NCBI RefSeq assembly: GCF_038025025.1 | Contig: NW_027117348.1 | Location: 558,001-622,000 of the forward strand | Reading direction: 5' to 3' | Length of the DNA stretch: 64,000 bases | From: Phyllosticta citribraziliensis | Lineage: Eukaryota | Shown here: positions 1 to 10,496 of the stretch, one piece after another | How the letters are laid out: each line of letters begins with the position of its first letter | Position numbering within the stretch: position 1 is the first letter of the stretch | Made by a program: the position numbers and the translations under genes | Notes under the pieces: generated by a model | Databases searched by the model: none | Told to the model about the DNA's origin: nothing | Seen by the model: only the letters and a program-made list of their open reading frames with translations

Positions 1-582
1 TCAGTAGCACTGGTTGTTTCATTCCTTCCCTTGCATATTCTTGCTTGACAGAACTTGATCCAGGGGCAGTATTTGCCACAGCGAAATTTCTTGGTAATCA
101 CTTCATTGAATAAATTTCGCCCTGCAAACGGCTGTTCTGGTCTGCTCGCCATAGCGCTGGTAGCGAGCTTCATGGAAACGACGGCAAAATGGAGGTTGGA
201 CAGTGCTTGATTTAACATGAAGTGTGTCACATAGTTGGTAAAGTGTGTTGGTCATGTTCTTTACACCACAGTGCTTTTAACACAGAATGTGTCAAATAGT
301 TGGCGATGCATGTTGCTAATATTTTTAACACCATTGCCGAGACTATTAGGCCAATGTTTTAGGCGCTCTATGATCTGGGGCACATGGCCGGGGCGGAAAG
401 CTTCCATGCACGCAAAACAACCGCTCCCCTTCCACAACCTTTTCCGCCACCTGCTCTGAAACCCTACACCTGACAACTCGCCACAAACAGAGCCCCACCT
501 GGTATCTTCCGAGACGAAACATTCCATCCGAAGGCCTTGGATTTTCATATTTAGCTCTACCGCCACAACCTGTGCCTTCAAC

Positions 583-1971
583 ATGAGCTCAGCTACGGTT
601 CCAGATATCAACTTCACAGCTCAGAACAGGTGAGCCCAGTAAGATCTCAACACAAAGCCTTGCTGACCGAATCCGTGCAGTGATCTGGCGATCATGAAGG
701 AGCAGCTCACCCCTCAAACCTTGCCCTTCTTCAGCCTCCCTCGCGAAATTCGCGACAACATCTACAAGGAAGTGATTGCCTTTGATTTCAGTCGCGGATG
801 TCGAAGAAGAGCCACGAACGGCACATTCAGTCTCGAGTCATTTGATGACCGGGCTAAATTCAGGTTTGACAAAGTGGCATCTCTGCCGCAAGTGTGCCCT
901 GCGATGCTTTCTGTCTGCAAGCAAACACAAAAGGAGTATGTGGAGCGGATGCATGAAACATTGGCTTTTCGGATCGTGATTCAGGACTACGAGGATTTGG
1001 ATGTAAGATGTCTTCTCCATCGGGCCGCGAATGTCAAGGTTGATGTTTTACAGTTTCTCGGTCCCTCCGCCCATATTCCCTTTGTCGACTTAGCGAGGAT
1101 TTCCGACCTTTCAATGCAGTTTTCCCTGATACCTGCCATCGAAACTGTGTTCCAAGCAAAAGAGAAAGCTTTCATCAAAGAGCCCTTCTCCATAAACTAC
1201 AACGCGGATGACTCCTTGCACCTCTCTCGGTCAGAAAGCAGCATGAGCCCTACACCCTTTTTCGACCTCAAGCGATACGGATTTTACAATGATCAATCCC
1301 TCCCCGACCTTCTCGAAGTTCAACAGGTCTCCGTCATGCCCACAAACTCCCAATTTGGACGATCCATGCAGGAGTTGTTTGCGTGTATCGGGCAAACCAA
1401 CAATCTCAAGAGGCTGGATCTCCGTATTTTGGTGCCTTACATCGGAAGGTGGTTCCCCCAAGGCGAACCCGGTTTGACGATTTGGACTGTTTCCGGCATA
1501 GAAGCATTCATGCGCATCTTTGCAACAACTGATCGACTTGAAGACGTTCGAATTCGTATCAGGGGAGACAAGTACTTTCAACCCGAGAACGGTCTCGGAA
1601 TCTTGACTTCAAGACTGCGAGCCGCAGGTAGGAGACTTGCCGCACTTTTACAGAGCAATCGCCAATCCTGTCAACGCGATGCAAGGATCTGCATGTGCGA
1701 GCGGTGCTTTCCCCCTCTTATCAGCAGCCGTCCTGATCACGCACAACGTCCTGTTGACAACTTTGAGGCCAAATCCGACAAAACCATCCAGAGTGCGATA
1801 GCAGACGTCGAACGGAAGAAGAGACTTTGGCTCGAGGACAATACGAAGAACGAGCAAGCCGAGTCTGGCCGCGAGTGCCGCACGTACTTTCCGTACGTCT
1901 TTGAGGAGCATTCATTTGCGGAATATTGCGGATTTGTTCTTGGCCTTCAAGAGCACACGGGGACCTGGTAA
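583..1971 (+). CDS. F-box-like (LPREIRD motif) protein, tandem paralogue 1; model join(583..629,681..1002,1054..1971)
   Basis: ORF 694-1971 begins PFFSLPREIRDNIYKEVI, a common fungal F-box-like/2EXR/DUF7730-type N-terminal motif; C-terminal ICMCERCFP and GFVLGLQEHT. Upstream exon from ATG583 joins in frame via GTGAGC..GCTGAC..CAG intron 630-680. A second intron GTAAGA..CAG at 1003-1053 (51 nt, stop-free) lies at the same position as in paralogues 2 and 3. Confidence 0.8.
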
Positions 1972-2540
1972 AAGACAGCAGGTCGAAACCCAAGAATGTA
2001 GAGGAACATGGAAGTTTCCACGAGCGAGAGAGATTCCAGAAAGCGAAAGATCATGCTCGGATGGATAGAACAAGCCATGGGCATTGGAGCTGCTGGCGCA
2101 TGTATTTTGGACATTTGGACACTGTAAATAGGCATTCGATCGAGTTGGGAATGTGAAGCGCATGCAACAATGATTCGAATGCGTTCCAGTTTGCTCGGTG
2201 GGCCAGCCAAGTTCGAGAAGAATCCAGATTATCGCCGAAAGGTTCTGCGAAGACGGGCTGGGCTGTCTGCGTTGCCTGCCTGGCAAACGGCGTCGCGATT
2301 TCGCGTGCGGGTCCGCGGGTGCTCTTGCCTACTTGCCTCTCTGCCACGCCCAGTGAACCTCAACTTTACAACCTCCTCCACTCTCCCCAACCACCACCTC
2401 ATCGTGGTTCCAACGAGGGCAGCTTGTCTCACTTTCCCCAGTCCTCACGCTCCTAAGACCGCTCGGGCGCAGCCCACCTACATCAGCCCAAGCGGGCCCA
2501 TCTCTGGCGCAGAGGCTCCTCTTTTCGACTATCTTCGACC

Positions 2541-4190
2541 ATGGCGGCTACCGGCAGGATCGTCGAGCCGGTCGCAGGTCGTTATCTGTAATGTAGCCTC
2601 TCTCGAAAGGCCATTGTGGCCACTAATGATACCAACAGCACACGTTCCTACGTCGCGTCGCTCCTCAAGTACCGTCAAGCCATTACACGAATTCTACCTT
2701 TTCTTGCATTGCCACGAGAATTGCGCGACATGATATGCGACGAAATTTTCGCCGACGAGTTCCCCGCGGCTCCGTGGGGTCGTACAGGTGATTGTCTTGC
2801 TTGGGGGGTCTCATACTGTGGTGACCGCGGCAAGGTGTCTTGGGCAGCCGACTTCCCCGAAAATCTCTCTACGATGATGGCCACCTGCAAGCAAGTCCAG
2901 CAGGAGATTGTGGAAAGAATGCACAGCACCCTTTTCTTCGAAGTTGAGATGAGGCCCTGTGAATCTCTCGATGTAAGCCGCGACGTTCTGACCTCATCCC
3001 ATGAACGCTCCCTATGCAACTACCGGCGATATTGAGCTGATTGACCCTAGAGCCTCACTTGGTATGGGAAGGAACCATACATCGATGTAAGCAACATCCA
3101 AAGACTCGCAATCGAGTTGTTTCTCGAGCCGGTGTGCGAGATGCATTTCAAGAAGCCCAGTGAGAATTGTCTCATCAAGGAACCTTTTTCGATCCTCTAT
3201 TCCGACTCTCATACTTTGTCCGACGCAACACTTTGCCGCTCTAGCGAAAGCCTGAGCCCGACACCTTTCTGGGACGTTCAAAAGCACGGGATTCATGGTC
3301 ATTCCCAACTTTCACCGCTTTTGGAGGCTCGTCGCGTCGTATCGTTCCCCAATCGATTCAATTCCGGCTTTGGCAAGGCGGTCACAGACTTCTTCGTCAA
3401 CGTGGGGCGCCAAAATAAAGTCAGGATCTTGGACTTGCGCTTTGTATTGCTACTATCGAGCCCTTGCTTTGGACCTGATTCAGGTTGCGTGCACACAGCA
3501 TCCGGTCTGAGCGAGCTTACGCGCGCCATTGCGCTACTCCACGGAATCAAGGACTTGAACATGCGCCAAACTGGAAATCTTGGGATTGTCAGTTGTGATG
3601 GAGAACCAGCTCGAACGACCATCGAAGAGGAGATTCTAAGACTGACCTCTCTTGTCGGGTGCGATCGATCAGGCTGCAATCGCAATCTCAACACCATTTG
3701 CGACTGTCTCCATTGCTTTCCGGCCCTCTCGGACTGCCCAAAAGATGCTTTTGTCGAGATACAGGGCGAAAAGGACCTTGACGAAACGTTTCTCCAGTCA
3801 GATATCGACAGGGTTCGATTGGAGAAGCAACGCATCGAATTGGCCCGGGAAGAGGATGACCTGGATCAGCAGGGTTATCAAAGTTTCCCAAACCACCGTG
3901 ATGATGCCTTTGCACGATTGCGCGGCGTCGGGTTCCAAATCGGTCTTCCTGAGCACACCGACGACGACGACGACGACTGCGAGTGTGCCGACTGTCATCT
4001 TGCTGCTGGAGATTGGTCGGCGCTAGAACCGGACGGGATGCAGATTCGCAGCTCTCCGCGATGCGTAAGAATGAAGATGAGGAGACTCGACGACAAAATT
4101 CCTGCACACATAGAGATATCAGTGGACCCGGGTAAAATGGTGGCGAGGATTGTTTATGCTGAACGACTTCGCTTTTTAGGTCAATGGTGA
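2541..4190 (+). CDS. F-box-like (LPRELRD motif) protein, tandem paralogue 2; model join(2541..2587,2639..2972,3051..4190)
   Basis: ORFs 2616-3035 (LPFLALPRELRDMICDEIF) and 3117-4190 join in frame via GTAAGC..GCTGAT..TAG intron 2973-3050. First intron 2588-2638 (GTAATG..ACTAAT..CAG). Clearly similar to paralogue 1: IKEPFSI.Y, S.S..S.SPTPF.D, LDLR, ICDCLHCFP, GFQIGLPEHT. Confidence 0.8.
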
Positions 4191-4656
4191 ACATAACACT
4201 CGGCACAATAATGACCTGAGGCACATGGGCTTGCTAGGGTGGCTCTTTTTCATACCGAGATGAGGGTGGAAAGATGTTCCAGGGGTTCTTTGACTTTTTT
4301 GTCTTCTTCTCTACCTCTGAGTGCACAACCTGGCTGGTCACAAGGCAGAAGGAAAGAACCGATGCCGTCGGTGCACGTCGCAAGATAGGGGAAACCAGCT
4401 ACATTGAAGCTTCTAGTCAGCATTGAATCCCAGTGTGGGTCAACTTGCTTGCTGTGGAGATTCAATTGGACTGTTGAAACCCTAATACACACATGGAGTA
4501 TGTCACAGCCACTTGCAATCCTGTGCTTCTACCTAAGCGGGAAGCTGGTCGTCAGCCATGTGTTTTCGAAGTGATGTCCATACTTCCTGTCCCCAGGGGT
4601 CGATGTCCAGCATGATGTTGTGAAGTGACTTGGAACGACTGAGACCGCCTTACATG

Positions 4657-4810
4657 CACAAGTGCAGAAATGAACTTCCTAGCTCTTGATGCCATGAATG
4701 CTCCTTGTGCTGTCACCAGTGGTTCTCTCATCGACCCTCGTACACAAGTGCAGAAGTGAACCTTGAATGCTCCTTGTGCTGCCCCTTAGTGGTTCTCTCA
4801 GCGACCCGCG
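4657..4810. repeat. Imperfect tandem duplication (two units starting 86 bp apart) upstream of paralogue 3
   Basis: CACAAGTGCAGAA(A/G)TGAAC...TGAATGCTCCTTGTGCTG...AGTGGTTCTCTCA(T/G)CGACCC occurs at 4657-4740 and 4743-4810. Confidence 0.85.
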
Positions 4811-5070
4811 TTCGCACTCAGGGGTACGATCCCAACGCGGCAACCTTTGACGTCCTCGCAGCCTGAGCCCTGGGAATGATGCGATCTCCGGCGCGATCTC
4901 TGCCTCGCAGCCTCGTTCTCGGCGTCTTGCACCTGGTGATGTCTTTAAAAGCCATGTCCCAACTCCTCTCGCAACAGTCAAGACACGCGCAACAACACGC
5001 TTGACACCCACCACCAGCTCACCTCTCAAGCAAAGCTGGAACACATCAAGCCCGTGTCCTCTCCATCAAC

Positions 5071-6385
5071 ATGTCTGACGTCGTCGTCTCGTCTGCTGCT
5101 ACGGAGCAGATGGAGCAGGAGAAGTGAGTCCCTCCGCCATCTCGCCTGCGATGGAGCCCGCTGACAGACGTCCACGCTCAGCCTCGAGATCCTCCTCATG
5201 CTGCCCTTTTACCCCGAGCCCGAGAGCCCTGAGCAGACGAGCTCGCTCCTGCGCAAGCTGCCGCGCGAGCTGCGCGACAAGATTTGGGAGTGGACGGCGC
5301 GCGACCTGCTCCGGCGCGGGACGCACCGCCGCTCGAGAAACAACAGCCTCAGCGCGTACCTCTTCCTGCGCGAGAGCGACAGCGACCGCCCAAAGAACGG
5401 CCGCCACGGCTACACGCCGTTCAGGCGCTTCAGCCTCGCGCGCGCCTGCCGCCAGGTCAGGGACGAGTTCATGGAGGCGCTGCACCGCGTTGTCGTCTTC
5501 CACATCAAGCTGCTCGACTACCGCACCGCCAACGTAAGCGATTTCCTTGCTCTTCCTCTCTCATTGTTACTGGAAAGTTGCTGATCTCCGCTGTCACAGT
5601 TTCTCGGCCCACCGTGCCCTTTCGCCGTGTTGGACATGAGGTTCCTCAACGACCTCATCCTCGACATCCACCTCCAGCACGAGACCTTCGCCGTCTTCAC
5701 CGCCGCCGCCAACAAGGAGAAGCCGCACCTGCCCGGCCCCGTCTCCATCAAGTACACGGCGAGCGGCCGCCTGGAGGACGCGCAGCTCGTCCCGTCGGTC
5801 TCGTGGCTGGGCCACACGCCGCCGCCGCTCGTCCTCTCCCTCGCCGGCATGCTGGGAGCGCGCAACGTGCGCGGCTTCCCACACCGCTACGACAAGGGCT
5901 TCGGCCTGCAATTTGACCGGCTGATGGACGCTCTCGCCTGGCGCGGCGGCCGCCTGAGCTCCCTCGACCTCAAGCTGGTGCTGCCGCCCGAGATCGGTGC
6001 CGCGCCGGCGAGCACCATCGACGTGGAGGACGGCATGCTGGACTTCGTCTCGTCGCTGCGCCGCCTCCGCGGCGTCAAGAGGGTGGTTATGCAGGTGTGC
6101 GGATACCGCCTGTTCTCCAAGGCAGAACTCCAGGTCGAGGGCGCCTTCAGGCAGACTTGTCAGGATGCGGCGGTCTTCATGGCGACTTCTGGTCAGCATG
6201 ATGACTGCTGCGACTGCCTGGAGTGCTTTCCCGTCCTTGGATCCGGCCCCAGGGAGGTGATTGGGAGGACGAGGACGAGGAGGACGAGGGAGACAGGGGA
6301 GCTTCGAGGATTTTTGAGTTGGAGAGTGACGGGGAGGAGTATGAGCCGTACTAGGGGAGGCAGGGGATTGGGGAATGGTCTTTGA
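5071..6385 (+). CDS. F-box-like (LPRELRD motif) protein, tandem paralogue 3; model join(5071..5123,5182..5533,5600..6385); possible frameshift near 6250
   Basis: ORFs 5198-5584 (SLLRKLPRELRDKIWEW) and 5627-6385 join via intron 5534-5599 (GTAAGC..GCTGAT..CAG); first intron 5124-5181 (GTGAGT..GCTGAC..CAG). Motifs FLGP, FPHRYDKGFG, LDLKLVL and DCCDCLECFP match paralogues 1 and 2. Confidence 0.75.
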
Positions 6386-6793
6386 AGACGGACGGGTCTG
6401 GTTCATGTCTGGGAGATGGAGTTGGGGTTGGGTTAAGATTCCGGGTCATCATAAGTCCGGGTTTGGCTGGTGCTGGGCATGCAAAGCCGTGTAGAATAGT
6501 TCACCCATGGTCGACGCAAGGGCCCCAAATACATCTCGTCTCCTGCTCATCGATCAGGAATCGTCTATCTTTCGCTTAGTCGTCGCGTAGACTTTGCCAG
6601 GTCAGGACCAAACCCTTTACATTCGAAAGTACGCCGATGTATGCAAACGTTGCAAACGTGAATGCTCCCTCACTTCCTCTTTAATATCGAACGCTCAACC
6701 ACTCTCTCCCGACCCAGAAGCTCTTGAGTTATTGACTCTTTCTTTCCGATACAGCTATAAAGCTCCATCAGCCGCCTTGAAGCTTTCAACATC

Positions 6794-7843
6794 TCACAAC
6801 TTGCTCTTCTCTCCACTGCCCACAAACTCGTTCGTAGTTCGCAGTCTCTCAATTGCCTCTTGGACCATCTCCTCCACAATAGCCTTTGCAGGCTTGACAT
6901 CGCGAATGACGCCCGCAACCTGGCCCATCAAAAAGGGGATATCGACATCAACACCGTCATCCAAGTCCTTCATGAGCGGCACGACGCCCTTGTCCGTCAA
7001 CTCCTTGATCTTCTCGGGCTGCTTTTCCCACGCTTCGACGTACTCATTGAGCCGGACACGCAGCGGACGGCCGCTGACGACGAGCGTGCGCAACGTATCC
7101 TCAAAGCCAGCGGTGAGCACGGCGTCTTTGTGGGCGCGAGAGCAACCCGCCTCCTCGCTCGCCACAAAGCGCGTCCCGACCCAGACGCCAACGGCGCCAG
7201 CAACGAGGGCGGCAGCGAGTCCGCGACCGTCGCTGATGCCACCCGCTGCGACGACCATGGCCGGCTCGCCCGTCAGCGGGCTCTTGTACTTGCGCGCAAC
7301 GTCGACGACGGCCGGGATGAGAATGTTGCCCGAGATGTCGCCCGTGTGGCCGCCGCCCTCGCCGCCCTGCGCGCACACCAGGTCGACGCCGGCTTGCAGC
7401 GCCTTTTCGGCGTGCCTGGGCGCGCCCACCATGTTCATGACCAGCACGCCGCCTGCGTGAAGTCGCTCGATGACGCGCGCGGGTGGTACGCCGACCGCAG
7501 ATACAAAAAGTCTTGCTCCCTCGGCGAGTACGACGTCCACCAGCTCGTCCAGTTGCCCGTGCGTGTAGTCATGATTCGTCTTGCGCGCATTGCCGCCTAC
7601 CTGGGGCAGGGCCAGGTCAACGCCGAATGGCAGGTCCGGAGAGGCTAGGTAGGATTTCAAGTCGTGGATGAGAGCTTTCAGTTGGGCCGGTGTGTATCCC
7701 AGACCGCCGATGACGCCAAGACCTCCGGCGTTGGAGACGGCGGCGGCAAGAGGTGCAGTTGAGGTGTGTGCCATGCCAGCGAGGAGGATGGGGTGGCGGA
7801 TGGAGAGGAGGCGAGTTAGCGGCGTTGTGAGTGTTGAAGACAT
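6794..7843 (-). CDS. Nitronate monooxygenase / 2-nitropropane dioxygenase family FMN enzyme
   Basis: Intronless ORF from MSSTLTTPLTRLLSIRHPILLAGM with family motifs AAAVSNAGGLGVIG, QGGEGGGHTG, AAGGISDGRGLAAAL.GA.GVWVGTRF and MGQVAG. Confidence 0.93.
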   Translation of the reverse strand: MSSTLTTPLTRLLSIRHPILLAGMAHTSTAPLAAAVSNAGGLGVIGGLGYTPAQLKALIHDLKSYLASPDLPFGVDLALPQVGGNARKTNHDYTHGQLDELVDVVLAEGARLFVSAVGVPPARVIERLHAGGVLVMNMVGAPRHAEKALQAGVDLVCAQGGEGGGHTGDISGNILIPAVVDVARKYKSPLTGEPAMVVAAGGISDGRGLAAALVAGAVGVWVGTRFVASEEAGCSRAHKDAVLTAGFEDTLRTLVVSGRPLRVRLNEYVEAWEKQPEKIKELTDKGVVPLMKDLDDGVDVDIPFLMGQVAGVIRDVKPAKAIVEEMVQEAIERLRTTNEFVGSGEKSKL

Positions 7844-8189
7844 TTTGGCAGAAAGAATTGGCTCGAGGGAACAGAATGAAAACAAGAAATTAGTCTAGAG
7901 GCATCCATAATGATATATTGCGCGTGGAGATAGCGCGACATTACGGCCGGCGTTCGGGGGTCGAAACCAATGCCCTCGAGGTGTCGATTTGCGGGGAAGC
8001 AGATCCACCTCCGAGGCAGTGGACCCTGAATTGGTTGCCGTTGGGGTAACACCACGTGACGCAGTAGTAACAGACGGAGACCAAAAGTTGGATCAACCAC
8101 TGGCGATTAGCAGAAAAATGACAGGCGCACCAAGGTAAAAACGACTTGTCCTACCACAACTTAATCTACATCGACATGGCGCGTGTGCG

Positions 8190-9696
8190 TCAATTCTTCC
8201 TGACACCATTCGGCTGACCATTAGCCTTGCCATTGGCTTTGCCGTTGACCATGGCCTGTGGCGGTGGCGGCGGAGGACCGTATACCTTGGCCTGCTCAGG
8301 ACCTTGCCGCACGTCAATGGCCTCCTCTTCAGTGTCCTCATCATACTCTTCGCTACCCTCCTCGTCGTATTCGTCGTCATCGAGGTACTCGCTCTCCGTG
8401 CCTTCGTCTTCGGCGTCGAGCTCCTGCGATGGCATCTGACCACGGCCTTGCGCTTGCATGCTCCGGCAGAGCTTTTCGAGGTTGTCATTCTTGGTGCGCA
8501 GCCTCTGCAACTCGGCGTGGTTGCGTTGTCTTTCCTCGGCCATTTCAAGAATGCTCTTGTTAGTAGCCTCTTGCTTGCGAGTGAGTATTTGATTCTCCTT
8601 CTCGAGGCGCTTTGTTTTCTTGGTCATGTCCTCCATTTCCCGGCGGAATGTCAGGAACAAGTCGTTCGAGTTGTTGAGTGTGTCCTCAACCTGGTTCATT
8701 GTCAGACCATTAGAAACATTTCCACAGGTGAGCAGCGGCCGGACCCAGAGGCGAGACATGTGCAAACTCACCTGCTTGAACTTCTCCACGTAAATGTTGA
8801 GCTGGCTGCGGAGCTCGGCTTCGGTCTGGGAGAAAGTCGTGACTTGGCGAGTCAGCTGGTTCGATTTCGAAGACTCGAGCTCTTGTGCTTTGCGTTGCCT
8901 GTCGAGCTTGACTTGGTGATAGATGACTTCGAGCTCCCTGACGCGCATCAAGGACCTGAACTGCTTCTCTTGGCATTCTTTGAGGTCCATGAACGATTTG
9001 AACTTTTCTTGGAATCTGCATCCTGTGAGAATCTCGTCTTGCAGGCTTGGGGTCCACGTACGCCTTGTCCAGGTCCACGTCGACCTGCTTCGACTCTGAA
9101 TTTTCCTTGGAGTTTATGACCTCCTCGACGTCTGCAACCATGCGGTCGAGCCGTTGATGCAATTCTTCGCGGTGGCGAGATTCGGTGTCTTGACGCTGCG
9201 CATTTTCCTCCTATACCCAGTCAGCTTCCCGCCCGCTGCTCCTGCCGATGCGACGTACTTTGAGCTTCTTGTTCTCCTTGGTCAGGTCGCGCGACATCTT
9301 CTCCAGCTTTTCCTTCATGGTGGTCATCCTGTTGAGCTCCGTCTTGCCCGAGTCCTTTTCCTTTTGCAGCTGATCCGCGCGCTTCTTGGCCTTGACATGT
9401 TCGCGCTCGGTCCTCTTCATGTCGGCCAGCAAGGTGGTGTATCTCCTGCGAACTTCGTCCACGCGCTTCATGGGCGACTCGAATTGCGACAGCAGCTGCG
9501 AGAGCTCGCGATTCGCCTTTTTGACCTCGCGCTCAATCTCAGCATCGTAATCCCGCTCCCCTGCGGCGTCCAGCTCCAACTGCGCGATCTTAGCCGCAAT
9601 CTGCTCAGAGGCATCTCTGGCGTCTGTGCCCTTTTTATTTTTGCCCTTCTTCGAGGGCGGACCGGCGGGGGCCGGGGGAGGGTTCGCGGTAGACAT
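8190..9696 (-). CDS. Taxilin-family (myosin-like) coiled-coil protein; introns 9211-9258, 9016-9061, 8691-8771
   Basis: Coiled-coil exons with taxilin hallmarks KEKLEKMSRDL, LRSQLNIYVEKFKQVEDTLNNSNDLFLTFRREMEDMTKKTKRLEKEN and LEKLCRSMQ; canonical GT-AG introns restore a continuous frame. Confidence 0.9.
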
Positions 9697-10496
9697 TTCC
9701 GGGCGTTGACGTCGGAATGCTCAAGGCGATTGTACCAAATGTGGGTCGTGGTAGAGAGGGCGGTTTGACGTGGGTTTTTGCGCCACGGTTCGGGGCGCGT
9801 GCCAGTGTCTTCACCGACGCTCTGGAACCAGCGACACTTGACAAGCTGCGCAAACAGCCAAGAGAGGGCCTGTCAAGCGGAGGACCAGACGTCGGGCACG
9901 AGGAGAAGCTGCAGAGCGGCGTTCCGAAGGTGCCGACGGGCAAGTCGATGAGCGACTCGGGCAGGTCGTTTGGTGTCGGGATAAGACTGCAGCGGCGTAA
10001 AGAGCGAGGGTATGAATGGCCGGGGGCGGTTGATGATGGAAACGGGCGTCGTTGTGGCGAATTGAGGTGGATTGAGGTGGTAGGCGTGGGTGTTGAGCGG
10101 ACTCCAGGCTGTCGGTTGTCAATGTTTCGCCGTGTGAGAGGCAAGACCGACTGAGGCACGCTCGGGCGGGACGAGACGAGACGAGACGACATGGACATGG
10201 AGACAAACACACCTTGACTTGGGCTGGCTGAGCTTATCCCAACGACAGACGGACGTCTGTCTTTACAACAGAACAGTCGAGTCGAGCGCACAAAACGTCA
10301 TTCACACCATACAAACGTCTGATCCAGTGACTCGATTGGTACTGTACCGTACTGTAGCATGGCCCAGGACTCGTCTAGCCAGCCCGCCGCCCGGCCCTTG
10401 CGCCGAACCACCACCACCACCGCCGTCACCACCCTCGGCGCCGTCGCCGCCCTCCTCATCGCACTCATCCTCTCTCCCGATCTATTCCACCAGGTC

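Noticed and set aside
6594..7648. Long plus-strand ORFs (288 and 262 aa) opposite the nitronate monooxygenase; similar shadows opposite txl1 (38461-39387), POL31, PRE7 and the UBX gene
   Set aside because: Explained by high-GC codon bias of the real genes on the other strand.
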